Assembly (NCBI GenBank): GCA_028534125.1
Contig: CM052817.1
Location: forward strand, 71,922,001 to 71,982,000
Origin: Lama glama
Taxonomy: Eukaryota
Direction of reading: 5' to 3'
DNA: 60,000 nucleotides
Shown here: one piece after another, positions 1 to 12,680 of the stretch
Position numbering within the stretch: the first letter of the stretch is position 1
Layout: each line of letters begins with the position of its first letter
Translations under genes and position numbers: made by a program
Notes under the pieces: model-generated
The model's input: the letters and a program-made list of their open reading frames with translations, nothing else
The model's database searches: none
What the model was told of the DNA's origin: nothing

Positions 1-600
1 TCTTTTCTTGGTGAGTCTTTAGTGATGTTTTGACGTAGCATCATTTCTCTCTTCATTTGCATGTTTCTCCCTAATCAGTTGGATCTACTCCTATGGCTTC
101 ATTGTCATGATACGTTGATGACTTTCTATATTCCATCTCTAACCCAGGATTTGCTGCTGAAATTGAGACTCTTATATTTAAATACTTAGTTATCACTTTT
201 ATTATGATGTTCCACAGGAAATTTCAGATTATTCTATCCACAATAGAATTTGCTACATTTCCCCAGTAATCTGTGTTTCTTTCTTGATCCCTTTCTCAGT
301 GAATGATACTAGCACCGAATAGAGTCACAGCTAAAATCTTGGGTACCATTCTTGATAAGTTGTCCCTGTATTATTCACATTAAATCCATCAGAAGGTTCG
401 GTCTCCTCAACTTCTATAATGTATCACAAATTCATCAGCTCATCTTCATGTCTTTTGAGATCACCCTGAAACAGATCTTTCTAATTTCTTGCTTCATTTT
501 CATTTTCCATTTCATTCTTCAAGAAGCCAGAGTGATTTCTAAGAAAGCAAATAGAATCATGTTATTCTCTTGTTTAAAGCCATTAATTTTTGTATTAACT
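1..600 (+). mobile_element. L2 LINE fragment (decayed RT/3' region)
   Basis: TACGTTGATGAC (YVDD, decayed YADD) at 111-122, followed by L2-like 'ccatctctaacccaggatttgctgctgaaattgagact...'. Boundaries approximate. Confidence 0.75.
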
Positions 601-736
601 TCATCAATCTGCAGTCGTTTCCTTTATTCATTTGTTTATCTGCCTGTGATGATAATTCCCCACTGAAATTGATGCTCCATGTGAACAAGGCCATATCTGC
701 TATGTGTTGTTTCTCAATTATCAACATAAATGACTT

Positions 737-883
737 GGGGGGAGGATATAGCTCAGTGGTACAGTACCTGCTTAGCATACATGAGGTCCTGGGTTCAGTC
801 CCCAGTGCCTCCATTTAAGTAAATAAATAAATAAATAAATAAATAAACCCCTGATTATTTGTCCTCCCCCAATTAAAAAATAA
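737..883 (+). mobile_element. tRNA-derived camelid SINE (Vic-1 type)
   Basis: Head GGGGAGGATATAGCTCAGTGG (A box) ... GGTTCAGTCCC (B box), then (TAAA)n, 'cctccccc' and an A-rich tail. TSD aacataaatgact (723-735) / aacatagatgact (884-896). Confidence 0.9.
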
Positions 884-1899
884 AACATAGATGACTAGTC
901 ACTGTGAATTCCAATGTAATGTAATTTAAGATTTTTACAACAAATGACCTTTTAGAGAATTTAGATGAAAAATTTTCAGTAAATAAGCCAAGGTAAGTAA
1001 CTCCACTTTTCAGCTAAAGTGATTGTGAATCTAGGAACGTGAGTGAGTGGCTATTCCCTGTTGCTCTATGGAGTCTATGCCTTGTTCAAGCAAGGTCAGG
1101 ACCACAGCTAGATCATTTGAAAAAACTCTTGATATAGAATTCTAACCAAGTCAGACATAAGTTGTAGATACTCATGAAGAGACTTTTGTCTTCCTGACAT
1201 ACTAAGCTTCAGCATGATACTACAGTGTCTGTAAAACAAAGGAGGAAGCATCTATTTCACAAAACAGGATATGGCCAAGTCACTTGGTTAAGAGAAAGGA
1301 TCATATTTATTTTTCAATTAATTAATTATTTAAAATAACAGTTACAAGTAAAATAAGCCAATCTTCTTGCCTCCCCTCTCAACAAAACAGAACAAAACAA
1401 AACACCTAAACCAACAAATCCATATACTGCAGTACTATTTAAATGCTGATAGGAAAAGTGACAGTGTTTTTTTGCTTAATATTTCTTGATTTCTCGTATT
1501 TGTCAACTAACTCTTAAGTTTTATCTTCTCTGGAGAAAGAGCAGCCTGTGTCTTGTGTTTTTACACATAATCAATTTGAATATGTTTCAAATTAATTGTC
1601 AGTGTGAGATATTGAGAAAGGGAGCTTAAGAATAAGATGATAGTAGTGTAAAAAGAAATTTGAAATAAATATATATAGCTCAGTTTTAAACTATATATAT
1701 TTTACCAGTGGGAAGGGTGGGATCAGAGTGGGGCTGAGAAATTTCAGGGTATAAGGGTTAAGCCTTGTTTTCATTTAAATATCTCATGTAGCCACTGAAG
1801 TGCTTTTTGGGGTTCCCATAGTAACACAGCAAGAAGGTACTCACCCAGCATTAGTGGAGAAAACACATAACCAGTAAAAACGTGTGAATTGTATGTATC

Positions 1900-2220
1900 C
1901 AGTTGGCCCTCCATGTCTGAAAATTTTGAATCCTTAGGTTTAACCAACTGCAGATCAAAACTATTCTAAAAAGAAAAAGAATCCCAGGAAGTTTCCAAAA
2001 GCAAAACTTGAATTTGCCACATATGATGGCAACTATTTACATAGCATTGACATTGTTTTAGGTATTACAAGAAATGAAAATGTGATTTAAAATATACAGA
2101 AGGATGTATGCAGGTTATAAGCAAAAACTATGCCATTTTATATAAGGGACTTGAGCATCTGCAGATTCTGATATCCTCGGGGGTCCTGAAATCAATTTCC
2201 TGTGGATACCAAGAGGACTG
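1900..2220 (-). mobile_element. TcMar-Tigger non-autonomous element, MER2 family
   Basis: Starts cagttggccctcc and contains 'ccattttatataagggacttgagcatctgcagattctgatatcctcgggggtcctg', the reverse complement of the MER2 consensus. Ends ...ggataccaagaggactg. Confidence 0.85.
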
Positions 2221-2659
2221 TGTAGACAATTACAAATACTAGGTGAAACAGTGTTGGTCATTTAACCTCAGAACTCTTTGGTGTGGATGGCTGAAGTGAA
2301 CTTGATAGTGACTTGGCAAATCTAAGCATTTCTTTTTTTTCATTATCTTTGTGTCATGAAAATGGTGATTAATTGTGTAGTTAACCCATGACTGGCTACA
2401 CAGGGGCCCCATTCTCTAGCATCAATCCCATATAAAATGGGTCTTACCAGCTTATAAAAGGAAATGCTGAATATAACATTAATTTTTATAAGTTGAAGCA
2501 CATCATAAATGCAATAATAAAACTCTTATTGAAAGAAAATATCCAAAAAAAAAAAGGAGGGAGAGAGAGAGAGAAAGAAAGAAAATACATCAGAAGAATC
2601 CTCTTAGTATAAGAATAATGTCTGCTCCATCACTTACTCTCCACAGGTGTTAGGAAGCA

Positions 2660-2830
2660 GCAAGTTGTGGTACAAACAACAGAGACTTAGCCCCAAGAGA
2701 TCTGGGTTCTAGTTCCTGTCCTGATTGTCACTAGCAGTATGACTTTAAGCAAAGCTAACATTGCACGATAACTCTTCCCGTTGGTGAGGGAGCTGTACTG
2801 GATTATGCCCAAGAATTTCTCCAGCTCTAA
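2660..2830 (+). mobile_element. MIR SINE
   Basis: 'gatctgggttctagttcctg...gtcactagcagtatgactttaagcaa' resembles the MIR core. Confidence 0.65.
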
Positions 2831-3164
2831 AGTTTCATGTTTTATTTTCCAGATTTGGATTTTCATTGATGGCAAGATGTTTTCATGGTTGCACACCTGT
2901 ATTATATAACTAGGGTGACAGAGTGCAAAATTAATACTAGTCCCCAGAACTGATTTAAAGCTATTTGAATTGGGGTGCATTGATTACCATCTTATTAACC
3001 TGAAAGGGATAATGAAACTTCCAAAGCCTCTCGACTAACTGTAGAGATCAGTTTTTGTTTCGGAGAATCTAGTCCTGGGTATGGTATCAGTATGCATGAC
3101 CATTGCTTTGGACTTATTGGTGAGATAAGGAATGGTTTCAAAAGTCATGGGACTCCTTGGTGTA

Positions 3165-3375
3165 GTTGAAAGAATAATAAACATGGAAAGGTGCATTTTG
3201 AATTTTGGTCCTATTTTTTATTAACTATGTGGCATTGCTTAAGTCACTTCATTTCTCTGATGTTTAATTTTTTGCATCTTTATGATGGGGACAATACCTG
3301 TTTCGCATGCATTATAAAGTACCTGTGATTGAATACAGTTATTTATATATGAGTGCCCTTTGTGAATTGCAAAAT
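3165..3375 (+). mobile_element. MIR SINE
   Basis: 'actatgtggcattgcttaagtcacttcatttctctga...catctttatgatggggacaatacctg' resembles the MIR core and 3' part. Confidence 0.7.
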
Positions 3376-3669
3376 GCAAAATATTTTAAGAAGGACTGTA
3401 GTTTAATTTTTGCTCTGTAGCAGAGAGAAATTATTTCCAACTGCTAGTTTTGGAAAACAAACAGTGATATTTTATGAACGTCTTTCTGGGATGGAGGCTA
3501 TACGGCACTAGTAGGAACGCACACATAGGCAACATCATTTTGGTATTGGAGGAGAGAACAGTGCCACCCTGCCTACCGCAGTATCCATCGGCAGAGTGAG
3601 GGTGTGTCTGAGGAACACTGCTTGGCAATCTGTTCTCTGAGGCTTATGGCAGATGTGGTACCATTGACC

Positions 3670-3790
3670 ATCAGACCTGGTGATGTCTTTATCCTGTCTC
3701 TATCTCTTACTGGTCATGTGACCTTGGATATGTTCCCTAACCTTTCTGAATCTCGGTTTTCCTATGCATCAGTTTTCCTCTCCCCCAAAA
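3670..3790 (+). mobile_element. MIR SINE fragment
   Basis: 'cttactggtcatgtgaccttggatatgttccctaacctttctgaatctcggttttcct' is a MIR core. Confidence 0.7.
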
Positions 3791-3939
3791 TAGTAGCTGT
3801 CATATTTGCTCCTCTTACGTTGTCATTCTCTAAATGTAGAGTTTGCAGGTATATACTTCTTCTCAAACAAAGGGCATTTAAAGCCCTCTAATGGTTATGT
3901 CATTTCATTCCTTAATTCTCTATTGCATTAGACATTATG

Positions 3940-4400
3940 ATTTATGATTAGATTTCACTGAGAGTAACAGAGACCCAAAATATAGTGTCTTAAGTGAAAG
4001 TAAAATTGATTTCTTGAATAGAAAAAAGGTTTTATAGATAAATAGTTTTATGTTGATATGGTAAGTCTGTCTCACAATGTCCTCAGGGATCCAGTACCTT
4101 CTATGTGATTGCTTTTTCATAAATAGCACCATTACCAAGGTCACCTGGTGGCTCAAGATAGCTGCTCCAGCTCCACCCATCATGTCTACATTCTAGCTAG
4201 CAGGAAGGAGGAAGGGGCAATAAAAAAGAGTGTGGATTACCTACCATTTAAGGAAAGTCCCCCAAAATGTTGTATGACGCTTACTCACTGAATGAAAATG
4301 TATCTACCTAAATATATCTAGCAACAAGGAAGGCTGTGAAATTTGGTTTTTCCATCAAGAAGAGAAGAAGATATTGGGAGAAAATGTAGATTCTTTGGCA
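3940..4400 (-). mobile_element. ERVL-MaLR solo LTR (MLT1J-like)
   Basis: 'gtaacagagacccaaaatatagtg...caagatagctgctccagctccacccatcatgtctacattctagctagcaggaaggagg' is typical of antisense MLT1J/K-type LTRs. Confidence 0.75.
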
Positions 4401-5654
4401 CAAGAACAATTACAGAAGCGTTTATAACATGTTCCAAAATATAGAGACAAATAGAAAAAAAAAGGGAGACTATGTCGTTATCTTATGCTGAGTTTGGTGA
4501 CTATTACAAAGAATGCTTATTACATGTAATTATCAAAAAGAAGTTAGTCCTAATACAGAAGCCTAGCTTGCAACCCTGAGTTTTTGTATGGATGTCTTCA
4601 GTAGGAAGTTTATTTTGTTCTCTGTGAAGCAGAGATATTATCTTTATAAAACACATTACTCATATTCTCTAAAAGTTATTTTTTCCACAGAAAAGCCATG
4701 CATTTAAAAAAGATCTAATAACTTGTTCTGGGTGTCAATCAATATTTCACATGAATAGCCAGTGGAAAGCAGTCACTATGCTGCCCAAGGGGAAGTTACC
4801 CAAGAATGAAATCAGGACAACAGCTGAATTGCATCCTTCATCAAACACATGCAAAGCAGATCAGAAAGGCATCAATTCCCAATGCTGCCATGGGTGGTCT
4901 TTCTACTGCCCGTGTAATCTCCAGTTTAACAAAGATTATTATACTTCAGTAATTTGAAATGTCAAAATAGTAAATCTTACGTGGATAAACTAAACTAGGT
5001 GGCAGTTTCCAAATTTATAACCAATGTCTAGTTAAAATGGTAAAGTCATTTAAATTACATTTGCAGAGATGTCTTTTGAAACTAAAGATATTTTGGCTCA
5101 GTTTTTAATGGGTCAGGAATATAATATCTAATATCTGACAGTATAGCCTGGTATGACAGAAAGGAGGCAAAGAGGTATTGTTAATTAAGCGATTCTAACA
5201 GGATAAGCTTCCTTTTGTTACCTTTTAGTCATCTGCTGTTTCCATTCAATTGTTTATTAATTGGAGTAACTTATTTTAGTCACTAGATTGAGTATTTAAT
5301 CTGTTCTTAGTTTTTTAAATTTGAAATTTCCTTTTAAATTTTACTTTACAGTATTATTAATCCTAAACTTATTTGCTCAAGAGATTAAATGAGCTTGTTA
5401 TTTTGGCTTTCTGTAATTGACTTAAAAAAAAACATTTTCTTTAATTAAAACATTCCTTCACCGGAACAAGGTTTGAAAGGCTGAAGAAGTTACACTTGTT
5501 TATCTTCTTTAGCTGCAGTAAATTCACTTCGATGGGTGTGCTTGTCAATACTAAACATTTTCTTCATTGTGTTTTTTGAAAAAAAGCCAGATGGGCAAAA
5601 TGATTACCTTTCAGTTTCTGGTATTTTACTGCTCTTTTCTGATATATGTTAGTT

Positions 5655-5775
5655 CAGTTTATTTCAGCAGCACATATTGAAAGGCTGCTTGGTTCCAGGT
5701 GCCTTGCCAAAACTGGGAAATATAAAGACTAGTGGAGCGTGGTTCCTGACCTTGAGAAGTTCAGAGTCTAGACTA
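5655..5775 (-). mobile_element. L2 3' end fragment
   Basis: 'ttcagcagcacatattgaaaggctgct...gttcctgaccttgagaagttcagagtctag' is an antisense L2 tail. Confidence 0.65.
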
Positions 5776-7429
5776 AAATTTGAACCTCCTACTTTTAGAA
5801 AACTAAAATAGAATAGCAACCATTCTTAGAGATCTAAATTAGGGACTTAAGATAAGAAATGGATGATTTAACCAAAATGGAAAGCAATATAGAGATATGC
5901 TTTTGTTTTAAATGTCTATCCCTGCCCTGAATTTACAAGGGAGTTTTCCATCTCTCTATATCAACTATGTTCCAGAAAAGGCGTGGTTTGATAACAAAAA
6001 GATTCCTTTATCTCAAATGCATTACAAAGACTGATATAGATATAACATGGAAACTGTGAAAATTTAGTTCTCTTTTCTTTCTTGAAGATCCTTTTTATTT
6101 TATAGCACTTTGCCTATAGGAACAGTTTTAAAATTAGAAGAGGTACTCAAATCTCTTGGTTTGGGCAACAATGCATTTTCTTCCAAAGTTGAGTTACAAA
6201 GAAAATGGTCAATGATCAAGGCTAGATGTTAACCCCAGATATCTCCACCTCTAGGAGTCTATTATCTTTCAAAAATCAGTTTAGTAAGACTCTACAACAT
6301 ATGAAACACAGAAATTTGAGAAAGAGCAACACCCAACCTTAATCTTGTGACAAAAGTGATTTATCATGAAGTAATAAAGTTGTATTGGTATAAATCTTTA
6401 GTAGACTTATCACAGGGGATTTTTAATGTCACTTTAGTGCAAAATAAGGAATTCTTACGTAACCTCAATACAAGATAAAAAGGAAACAAAGGAAATTTTA
6501 TGACAGAATAAAGAAGCTGAGAATCAAAAGACTCATGAATGGAAAATTCTCCTCCACAGCCGGCCTATTGATGAATTTCTTCCTGCTGCTTCTATTCCTC
6601 TGTATTCAGCTGTGCCATCTTTCTTCTGTCTTTACCCTTCCCTCTCTTCCCCTTTGTGATCGTCTCAGTTCCGTGCTCCCTTTCCCTCACCTTTTTAAAA
6701 ATGTCATATAGGACCCTCCTCACCTTCTCCTGGTGGGACTGCTCGGACCTCTGACAGTTTCGGTGGGAGACAGACCAATGATTGCTATAGACGTCACTGG
6801 GAAGACTACAGACATGGGCCGTTTTCTTAGTGGCTGAGAGAAAGGCAGATGGATGCTTCCATCTTGGAGGGAAATCTGTAGCGACGAAATGGACAGGCTT
6901 CCTTGGATGGAGAGCTAACACTTGCTGTATGTGCGCTCTGAGGTCCTTTGCTTCCCTAGGTCTCTCATGCCTCTTGTTTAAGAGAAGATTCCAGCAAGCC
7001 AATTCCCAGCTTTCTGAGGGTAGGTAACTTTTGGGAAACTCATGTTTCTCTCTCTGGGAACGTCAGAGGTCTTAGGACTGGGAGCTCCGATTCTGGCTTT
7101 GAGTTCTGATTTACTGTCCCTGACATTTGTGGGTCCAGCTAGGACTGTCATCTTTACTCCAGCTCGTTTTTTGCACTGATTTCTCAGGCAGTAGGGACAC
7201 CCTGTCTGGTTCTGGTAAGCTCTGACTGCCCAGGCCTGTGCCAGTTTCACCCCAAGGACTTGGATCTGTTTCTTTACAACCATGCCCCAGCTCTGATGCT
7301 CCTGGGCGGGGTCATACTCGTATTACTTGGTAATACTGCTCTCTATTTTATTTGAATGTGGCCCTTCAGTTCTCCCAGTAGGGCACTTACCATGTTCTAC
7401 TGCAGGTACAGTAAGTGAGGTAGTGGGGG

Positions 7430-7630
7430 TGGGGGGGCACAGGCTCCGACATCATATACAACAGCATTTGTGTCTGAACTCTGTACCTTCCCCGCTGTGT
7501 GACCCGGGGCAAGTCTCTAACCTTAGCTTCCTTGGCCATCAAATGGACATAATAACTTCAATCTCTTGGGAGCTGTCATGATAATTATATGGAATAATCA
7601 TGTAAAATACTTGCCCTTTTGTCTGACAGC
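7430..7630 (+). mobile_element. MIR SINE
   Basis: 'gctgtgtgaccccgggcaagtctctaaccttagcttcc...ataataacttcaatctcttgggagctgtcatg...catgtaaaatacttg'. Confidence 0.75.
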
Positions 7631-7929
7631 AGTGACAGCCAAGAGAGTCAATTCCCTCTCTCTTCTCTGCATGGCTGCGTGGACGGGTTTGTATGCATAC
7701 TGTTCTGATGATGCTCTTGTGTTCTTTTCTATTTCTCCTGCTTTAGCTGCCAGCTTTCTGTATATTCTGGTTGTTTCTTAGGTTTAAGAAAACAACCCAT
7801 TTCTTAGTAAACTGCAGGAAGGAGTAGGCTCAGATTGGTAGTTTTGTCCTCCAAATTACCCCAGAATGGAAATATGTCCCCCTTTTCTACTTTGCAACTC
7901 TGGAGAGAAAGAAATACATGAAAAATAAC

Positions 7930-8420
7930 CCCAGTTTTCCTTCCCAGAGGCAACCATTTTCAACTCTTCCAGTTATTTCTTCTAGTATTCTCTCAGTATT
8001 TCTCAAAAGTAATGGTTTCTTGGTTTATCCGGTTAGACATCACTTAGTGACTTACACTTCTAGTTGTTGAGGACTTAACTGTTTTCAACTACCTTACACT
8101 TCCCTTTCCAAAATTTATCACAGTTTTGGTTAAATCACTATTTGGTGTTGTCGCTATTATTACTTTGTCGATAATGTTCACCTAAGTGAAGTAGTCATAT
8201 ACTATGATTATGTATCCTGTCATGAGCAATATTTTCCTCTGGAATTAATATTTCCTTAAATAAAAATGTCTTTGGTTTAGTTTGTTTAGTTGCCTTTATA
8301 TCTACTGAGAGTTTTTTTTTTCCCAAATACAAAGATTTATTCATCCAATCTGTAAACAGCTTCCCAATACCTCGCAGTCGACATGAATCAGCCGATATAC
8401 CAATGGCCACTCCTCTGTTT
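7930..8420 (-). mobile_element. Old L1M/HAL1-type fragment
   Basis: T-rich antisense L1-like text 'ccttcccagaggcaaccattttcaactcttcc...'. Family uncertain. Confidence 0.45.
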
Positions 8421-8619
8421 ACTTTCTGTCTTCCCAAAGTGTGTTAATATTGTTCATTCACTGTTTTTTCTCTCTTACTGTCTCACTCTTATATCTGGCT
8501 GAAGCAGGCATGTCCTTTTGGCTCCAGGTTTGCCCTGCCTCATGGACATTTAGTGTTGATAATTGAGTTCCATGTGCAACGCTCCACCCAGGTCAGTCTG
8601 TCCTACCTCTCATGCTGGT

Positions 8620-9590
8620 AGACTGGGATTTTGCACTGAACCAAAATTTTATCCCCTAACCCACCCACACCTACTTATGCTCTTTCTGTTATTCAGCACT
8701 ATTTAGACTGTTTAACTCTTTGTACTAGTTTCCTATTGCTGCTGTAAAAAAAAAAAGTCCACATATGTAGTGGTAAAACACCACAGGTTCACTATTTTAT
8801 ATTTCCGAAGGTCGGAAGTCTCGAATGCGCTGGCAGAGCTGTGTTTCCTCTGGAGCCTCCAGGACACCAACCATTTCCTCCTTTTTTCCAGCTTCTAGAG
8901 GTGGCCCACCTCCCTTAGCTTGTGGCCCCCATCACTCCAGCCTCTGCTTGTATAGTCAGTTTGCCCTCTCCAACTCTGATCTCATGTCTCTCTTTTCTAT
9001 CTTTTAAGAACTCTAGGGATTACATTGGACTCACCTGGATAATCCAGGATCATCTCCCTGTTTCAAGATCTTTGGTCACATCTGCGAAGTCCCTTTGGCC
9101 ATGTAGGGTAACATATCTACAGGTGTCAGGGATTAGGATGTAGACTTCTTTGGGGGGCAATTATTCTGCCTACCACATTCTTCTATACGATAACTCTACA
9201 AGTATTTGAACAGATGTTATGTATCTTCTAAGACTTCTTTTTTTAAGGTTAATATAAGAAAGTATTTTTATTTGTTTCATATTTGACACAGCTCCCAGGT
9301 TCATCACCCTTCTCTTTGCCATCGTCTGTATTTATTTTGTTTTGTCAATGTCTTTCTAAAGTGTTCAGAACTAAACAAAAATATGATTACACCCAGGAAG
9401 ATTCAATGAAGATAACATTTCCCTGCTTCTGGAAACTCTCCTTCTATTAATGCAGCTCAAGATTTCATTATTTTCTTGGGGAACATTGTTGACTAATATT
9501 GATCTTTTCACCAACTAGAACCCCTTAATCTTTTTCATGCAAACCACTTGTAAGTGAGGTTTTTCCCATTTTGTATTTCTGTAGGATTGT
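8620..9590 (-). mobile_element. L3/CR1 LINE fragment interrupted by an MLT1 LTR (8721-9177)
   Basis: 'caagtatttgaacag...gtcaatgtctttctaaagtgttcagaactaaacaaaa...cttctattaatgcagctcaagatt' matches antisense L3. The match continues left of the LTR. Confidence 0.7.
8721..9177 (-). mobile_element. ERVL-MaLR solo LTR (MLT1D-like)
   Basis: TG...CA termini (tgtactagtttcctattgctgctg ... ttattctgcctaccaca), internal 'ggataatccaggatcatctcc', 5-bp TSD ctctt/ttctt. Confidence 0.88.
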
Positions 9591-10717
9591 AAATTAAAAC
9601 AACAACAACAACAACTAAGATGTATTCAGGTCCTATTAGGTGCCAGAAACTGGACACAGTTACACTTAGATAAGTCAGTGTCAGCTGCCAAGATGTCGAC
9701 AGAGTCCTGTACTTGCTTTCAGATTTAAGTACAATTGGTCTGGATCCTATCCAAAGACTGGAGGGAGTCACATCCCAGCCAACATGTTCCAAAATTTTTG
9801 GTGAAGTTTATGCAGTGTTTGGTCATGTCTGGCTAATCATTTATTTCTATCAGACCCCTAACCCCCGATCTGCCTCCTGTCTTCCTTGCTGCAGTCACTT
9901 TTCTGCACTCTTGTTGTCTCATGCTGGGCACCCCCTTTCCCATGCTCCCCCAAAGTTCCACTGACCCAAGCTTGTACATGTGAACCTTTACTGAAGGTCT
10001 GAGGTTATGAAAGGAGGTAACATGCAGCCTAGAGAACGATCAACAATAAATATTAGACCTCAGAAGTCCCTCTGTGATTCTTGCTTCTGGGAGTTCCTCA
10101 CACGAGCAGTTCTTGGCACAGAGCCTATGTTCACATCCAGCTGCTTGGCTTCTCCCTTCTCCCTCTCTTCAGCTCCAGTTTTCCTTCTGTTTCTTGCTTC
10201 AGAGCATTGTGGCTCTTGTTTGGGACTTCACCTTTTTTTTGTGTAAAGAAATTATCGAAGTATTTGATTGAATTAAAAATGGCTTCTCTAACCTAATAAA
10301 GAATAACTTACCAGGATTTTAGCACGAGAAAAAGGTTCATCTCTGAAAAATACCTAGCTCTCTGAGCAATTCAACTCCAAACTCCATAGAACTACTTATA
10401 TTATGAAAAGAAAATACCTATATATTTAAAAACTGTGTATACTTTAAGAAAGCCATTACTAGAAATCATCATTTGCGAATGAAGATTATGATTAGTTCTT
10501 CTGAATTTCAAGCCACAAAAATAAACTAAAATACCCATGAGGTTTTTTCTCCCCATCGTGTACATCCTGGAGGTCTTGAACACACACAAGTCTGCCTGCA
10601 TAAGGACTGCAGGATCAAAATCAGGGCAAACACCATGAATCTAAAGCTCCCTCTCTCACAAAAAGCAATTTTTTTTCTCTTTCATCAAGGGAAAAGGGGA
10701 TTATTTTTGATTAATAC

Positions 10718-11161
10718 ATTTATGGTTTGCATTGTGTTGCAATCATTGCATTGCAAAGATTAATTGAAGTTCTAAGCCCCCGTACCTGGGATTGAGACCT
10801 TGTTTGGAAATAACGTCTTTTTAAAGGTAAACAAGTTACAGTGCGGTCATGCTGATGGGCCATAATACAAACTGGCTAGCATCCTTACGAAAAGGGGAAA
10901 TCTGAACACAGACACACACATAGGGAGGGCGTTTTGTGAGCATGAGGGCAGAGATCTGATGAAGAAGCATCTACAAGGCAAGGAACACCAAAGATTGCCA
11001 GCAAAGCACCAGAAGCTAGGAGGGAGTGTGGGGAGATCGTCTCACAAACTTTAGGAGCAATCAGTCTTGCTGACACCTGGATCTCAGACTTCCTCGCCTC
11101 CAGAATGTTGAGTGGCCCAGGTTGTAGTATTCTGTTACATTTGTCCCAACAGACTAAAACA
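10718..11161 (+). mobile_element. ERVL-MaLR solo LTR (MLT1B/C-like)
   Basis: 'caaggaacaccaaagattgccagcaaagcaccagaagctagg...gctgacacctggatctcagacttc', ending ...gactaaaaca. Confidence 0.85.
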
Positions 11162-11539
11162 GGGCCTTTGACTGAAACAAAGACTTTATTCATCATTTCT
11201 TAACTCCTTGGTCTATTTCTAACCTGAAATATGGTGGGAAGACACTTTATTTTGCTGAGACAAGTTTCTGACATTAAGTAAACTAGTTTTCAACATATAT
11301 ATGAATATAATTTGTCAAATAAACTGAATTGAAATTCCTCCCAATTAACCAAATCATCTATCTGAAAAGACACTTTGAAGAGGGGAGGTCTTGTGCTTTT
11401 CCCTTGGAAGCATTGTCTGCTTGTAGGTGAACTGGGTGCTTGTGAGTGTGGACCAGATCCAAGAAGCGGAAATGAATGCGCTGGGAAGCTGGGGGAAAGG
11501 AGGGCAGCCCTAACATCCCCTAATCCATCCAGCCAATTT

Positions 11540-12680
11540 ATCCTAAAACACAAAAGCACGCCACAAAAACCTCTCTTGACTGCACGTCTTCCCCTCTCAG
11601 CTCCATCGCATAAACAGACTTTTAGAAAGAACTACGTATCCACTCTGTGTTCACTTCCTCATCTTTTTATTCTTTGACGTTCTCCAGTCTGGCTCTGCCC
11701 CTTGCCATTCTGCTGAAACTGCCCTTGTCCAGGGTCCATAGACTCTGCCAGCAACGTTTCCCCCTCATCTTACTCCTCCTGCCAGTGGCATTTGGCACTT
11801 GTCAGCGTGTCCTCCTGTTGAAACCCTTGTGGCTTGAATGATGCCATGCTCTCTTGGTTTCCACCAGGCCTCCCTGGTCCTGCCTTCTGTCTTTGCCGGC
11901 TCTTCCTCCTCTGTCTTTTCTATTTATGTTGCTTTGCCCCGGACCCTCTTTTCTTTTCTGTATACTCTCACCCGAGGTGATCTCATTCAGTCTCATGGTC
12001 TGAACTACTGTCTGTGCTGAGGAGTCCCAGACTGAGGTCTTCAGCTCAGACCTCTCAACTGAGCTCCAGACTTTTACATCCAACTTCCCGCCTACCTGAC
12101 ATCTCCATTTGTGCGTCTCATCGTGTCCTAAATGCAACACAGCCCAAATGGAAGTTCTGATTCCCGTGCAGCCACACGTGTGTTTCTTCGAACTCTTTAT
12201 CATCTCCATAAAACCCACCAGAAGTCTAGAAATCAGCCTTCATTCCCGTCCTCTGCTACTTGCCATCCACGTCTCTCCATTTCCCTGGTGGCCACCCTAG
12301 CCCAGGCCACTATCACTTCCTATCCAACTAATTTAACAGGCTCTGACCAATCTTTCCTCTGCCCCACTGGTCTCCCCCCTCCCTCATTAATTCTCCTCCA
12401 AGTATCTAGAAATAGCTTTATATATGAGAATAGGAGCATCTCATTCTCCTGCTGAAAACTCCTCTGTGACTTCCTATTGCACTTAGATTAAAATCTAAAC
12501 ACATTACAGGAGACTTCAGGGCCCCACAAAACCCTGTCCCTGCCTGCCTGTGGAACCCCATCCTGGGCACCCGGCCCTCACTCAGTACTTTCTGTCACAC
12601 AGTCCTCTTGGATCTCTCTGACAGGCCGAGAGATTTATCTGTCTTGAGGAATTTTCACCTCTCTCTTCTGCCCAAAATAT
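11540..12680 (+). mobile_element. L2 LINE, ORF2 RT to 3' region
   Basis: 'ctcagacctctcaactgagctccagacttttacatccaacttcc...gacatctccatttg' and a pyrimidine-rich L2 body. Explains ORFs 11647-12455. Confidence 0.85.

Noticed and set aside
737..812. tRNA-like sequence with A and B boxes
   Set aside because: It is the head of a SINE: it has a (TAAA)n tail and a TSD, and its stems are degenerate.
1667..1702. Perfect 12-bp inverted repeat aaatatatatag / ctatatatattt
   Set aside because: Low-complexity (TA)n sequence, which is inherently self-complementary.
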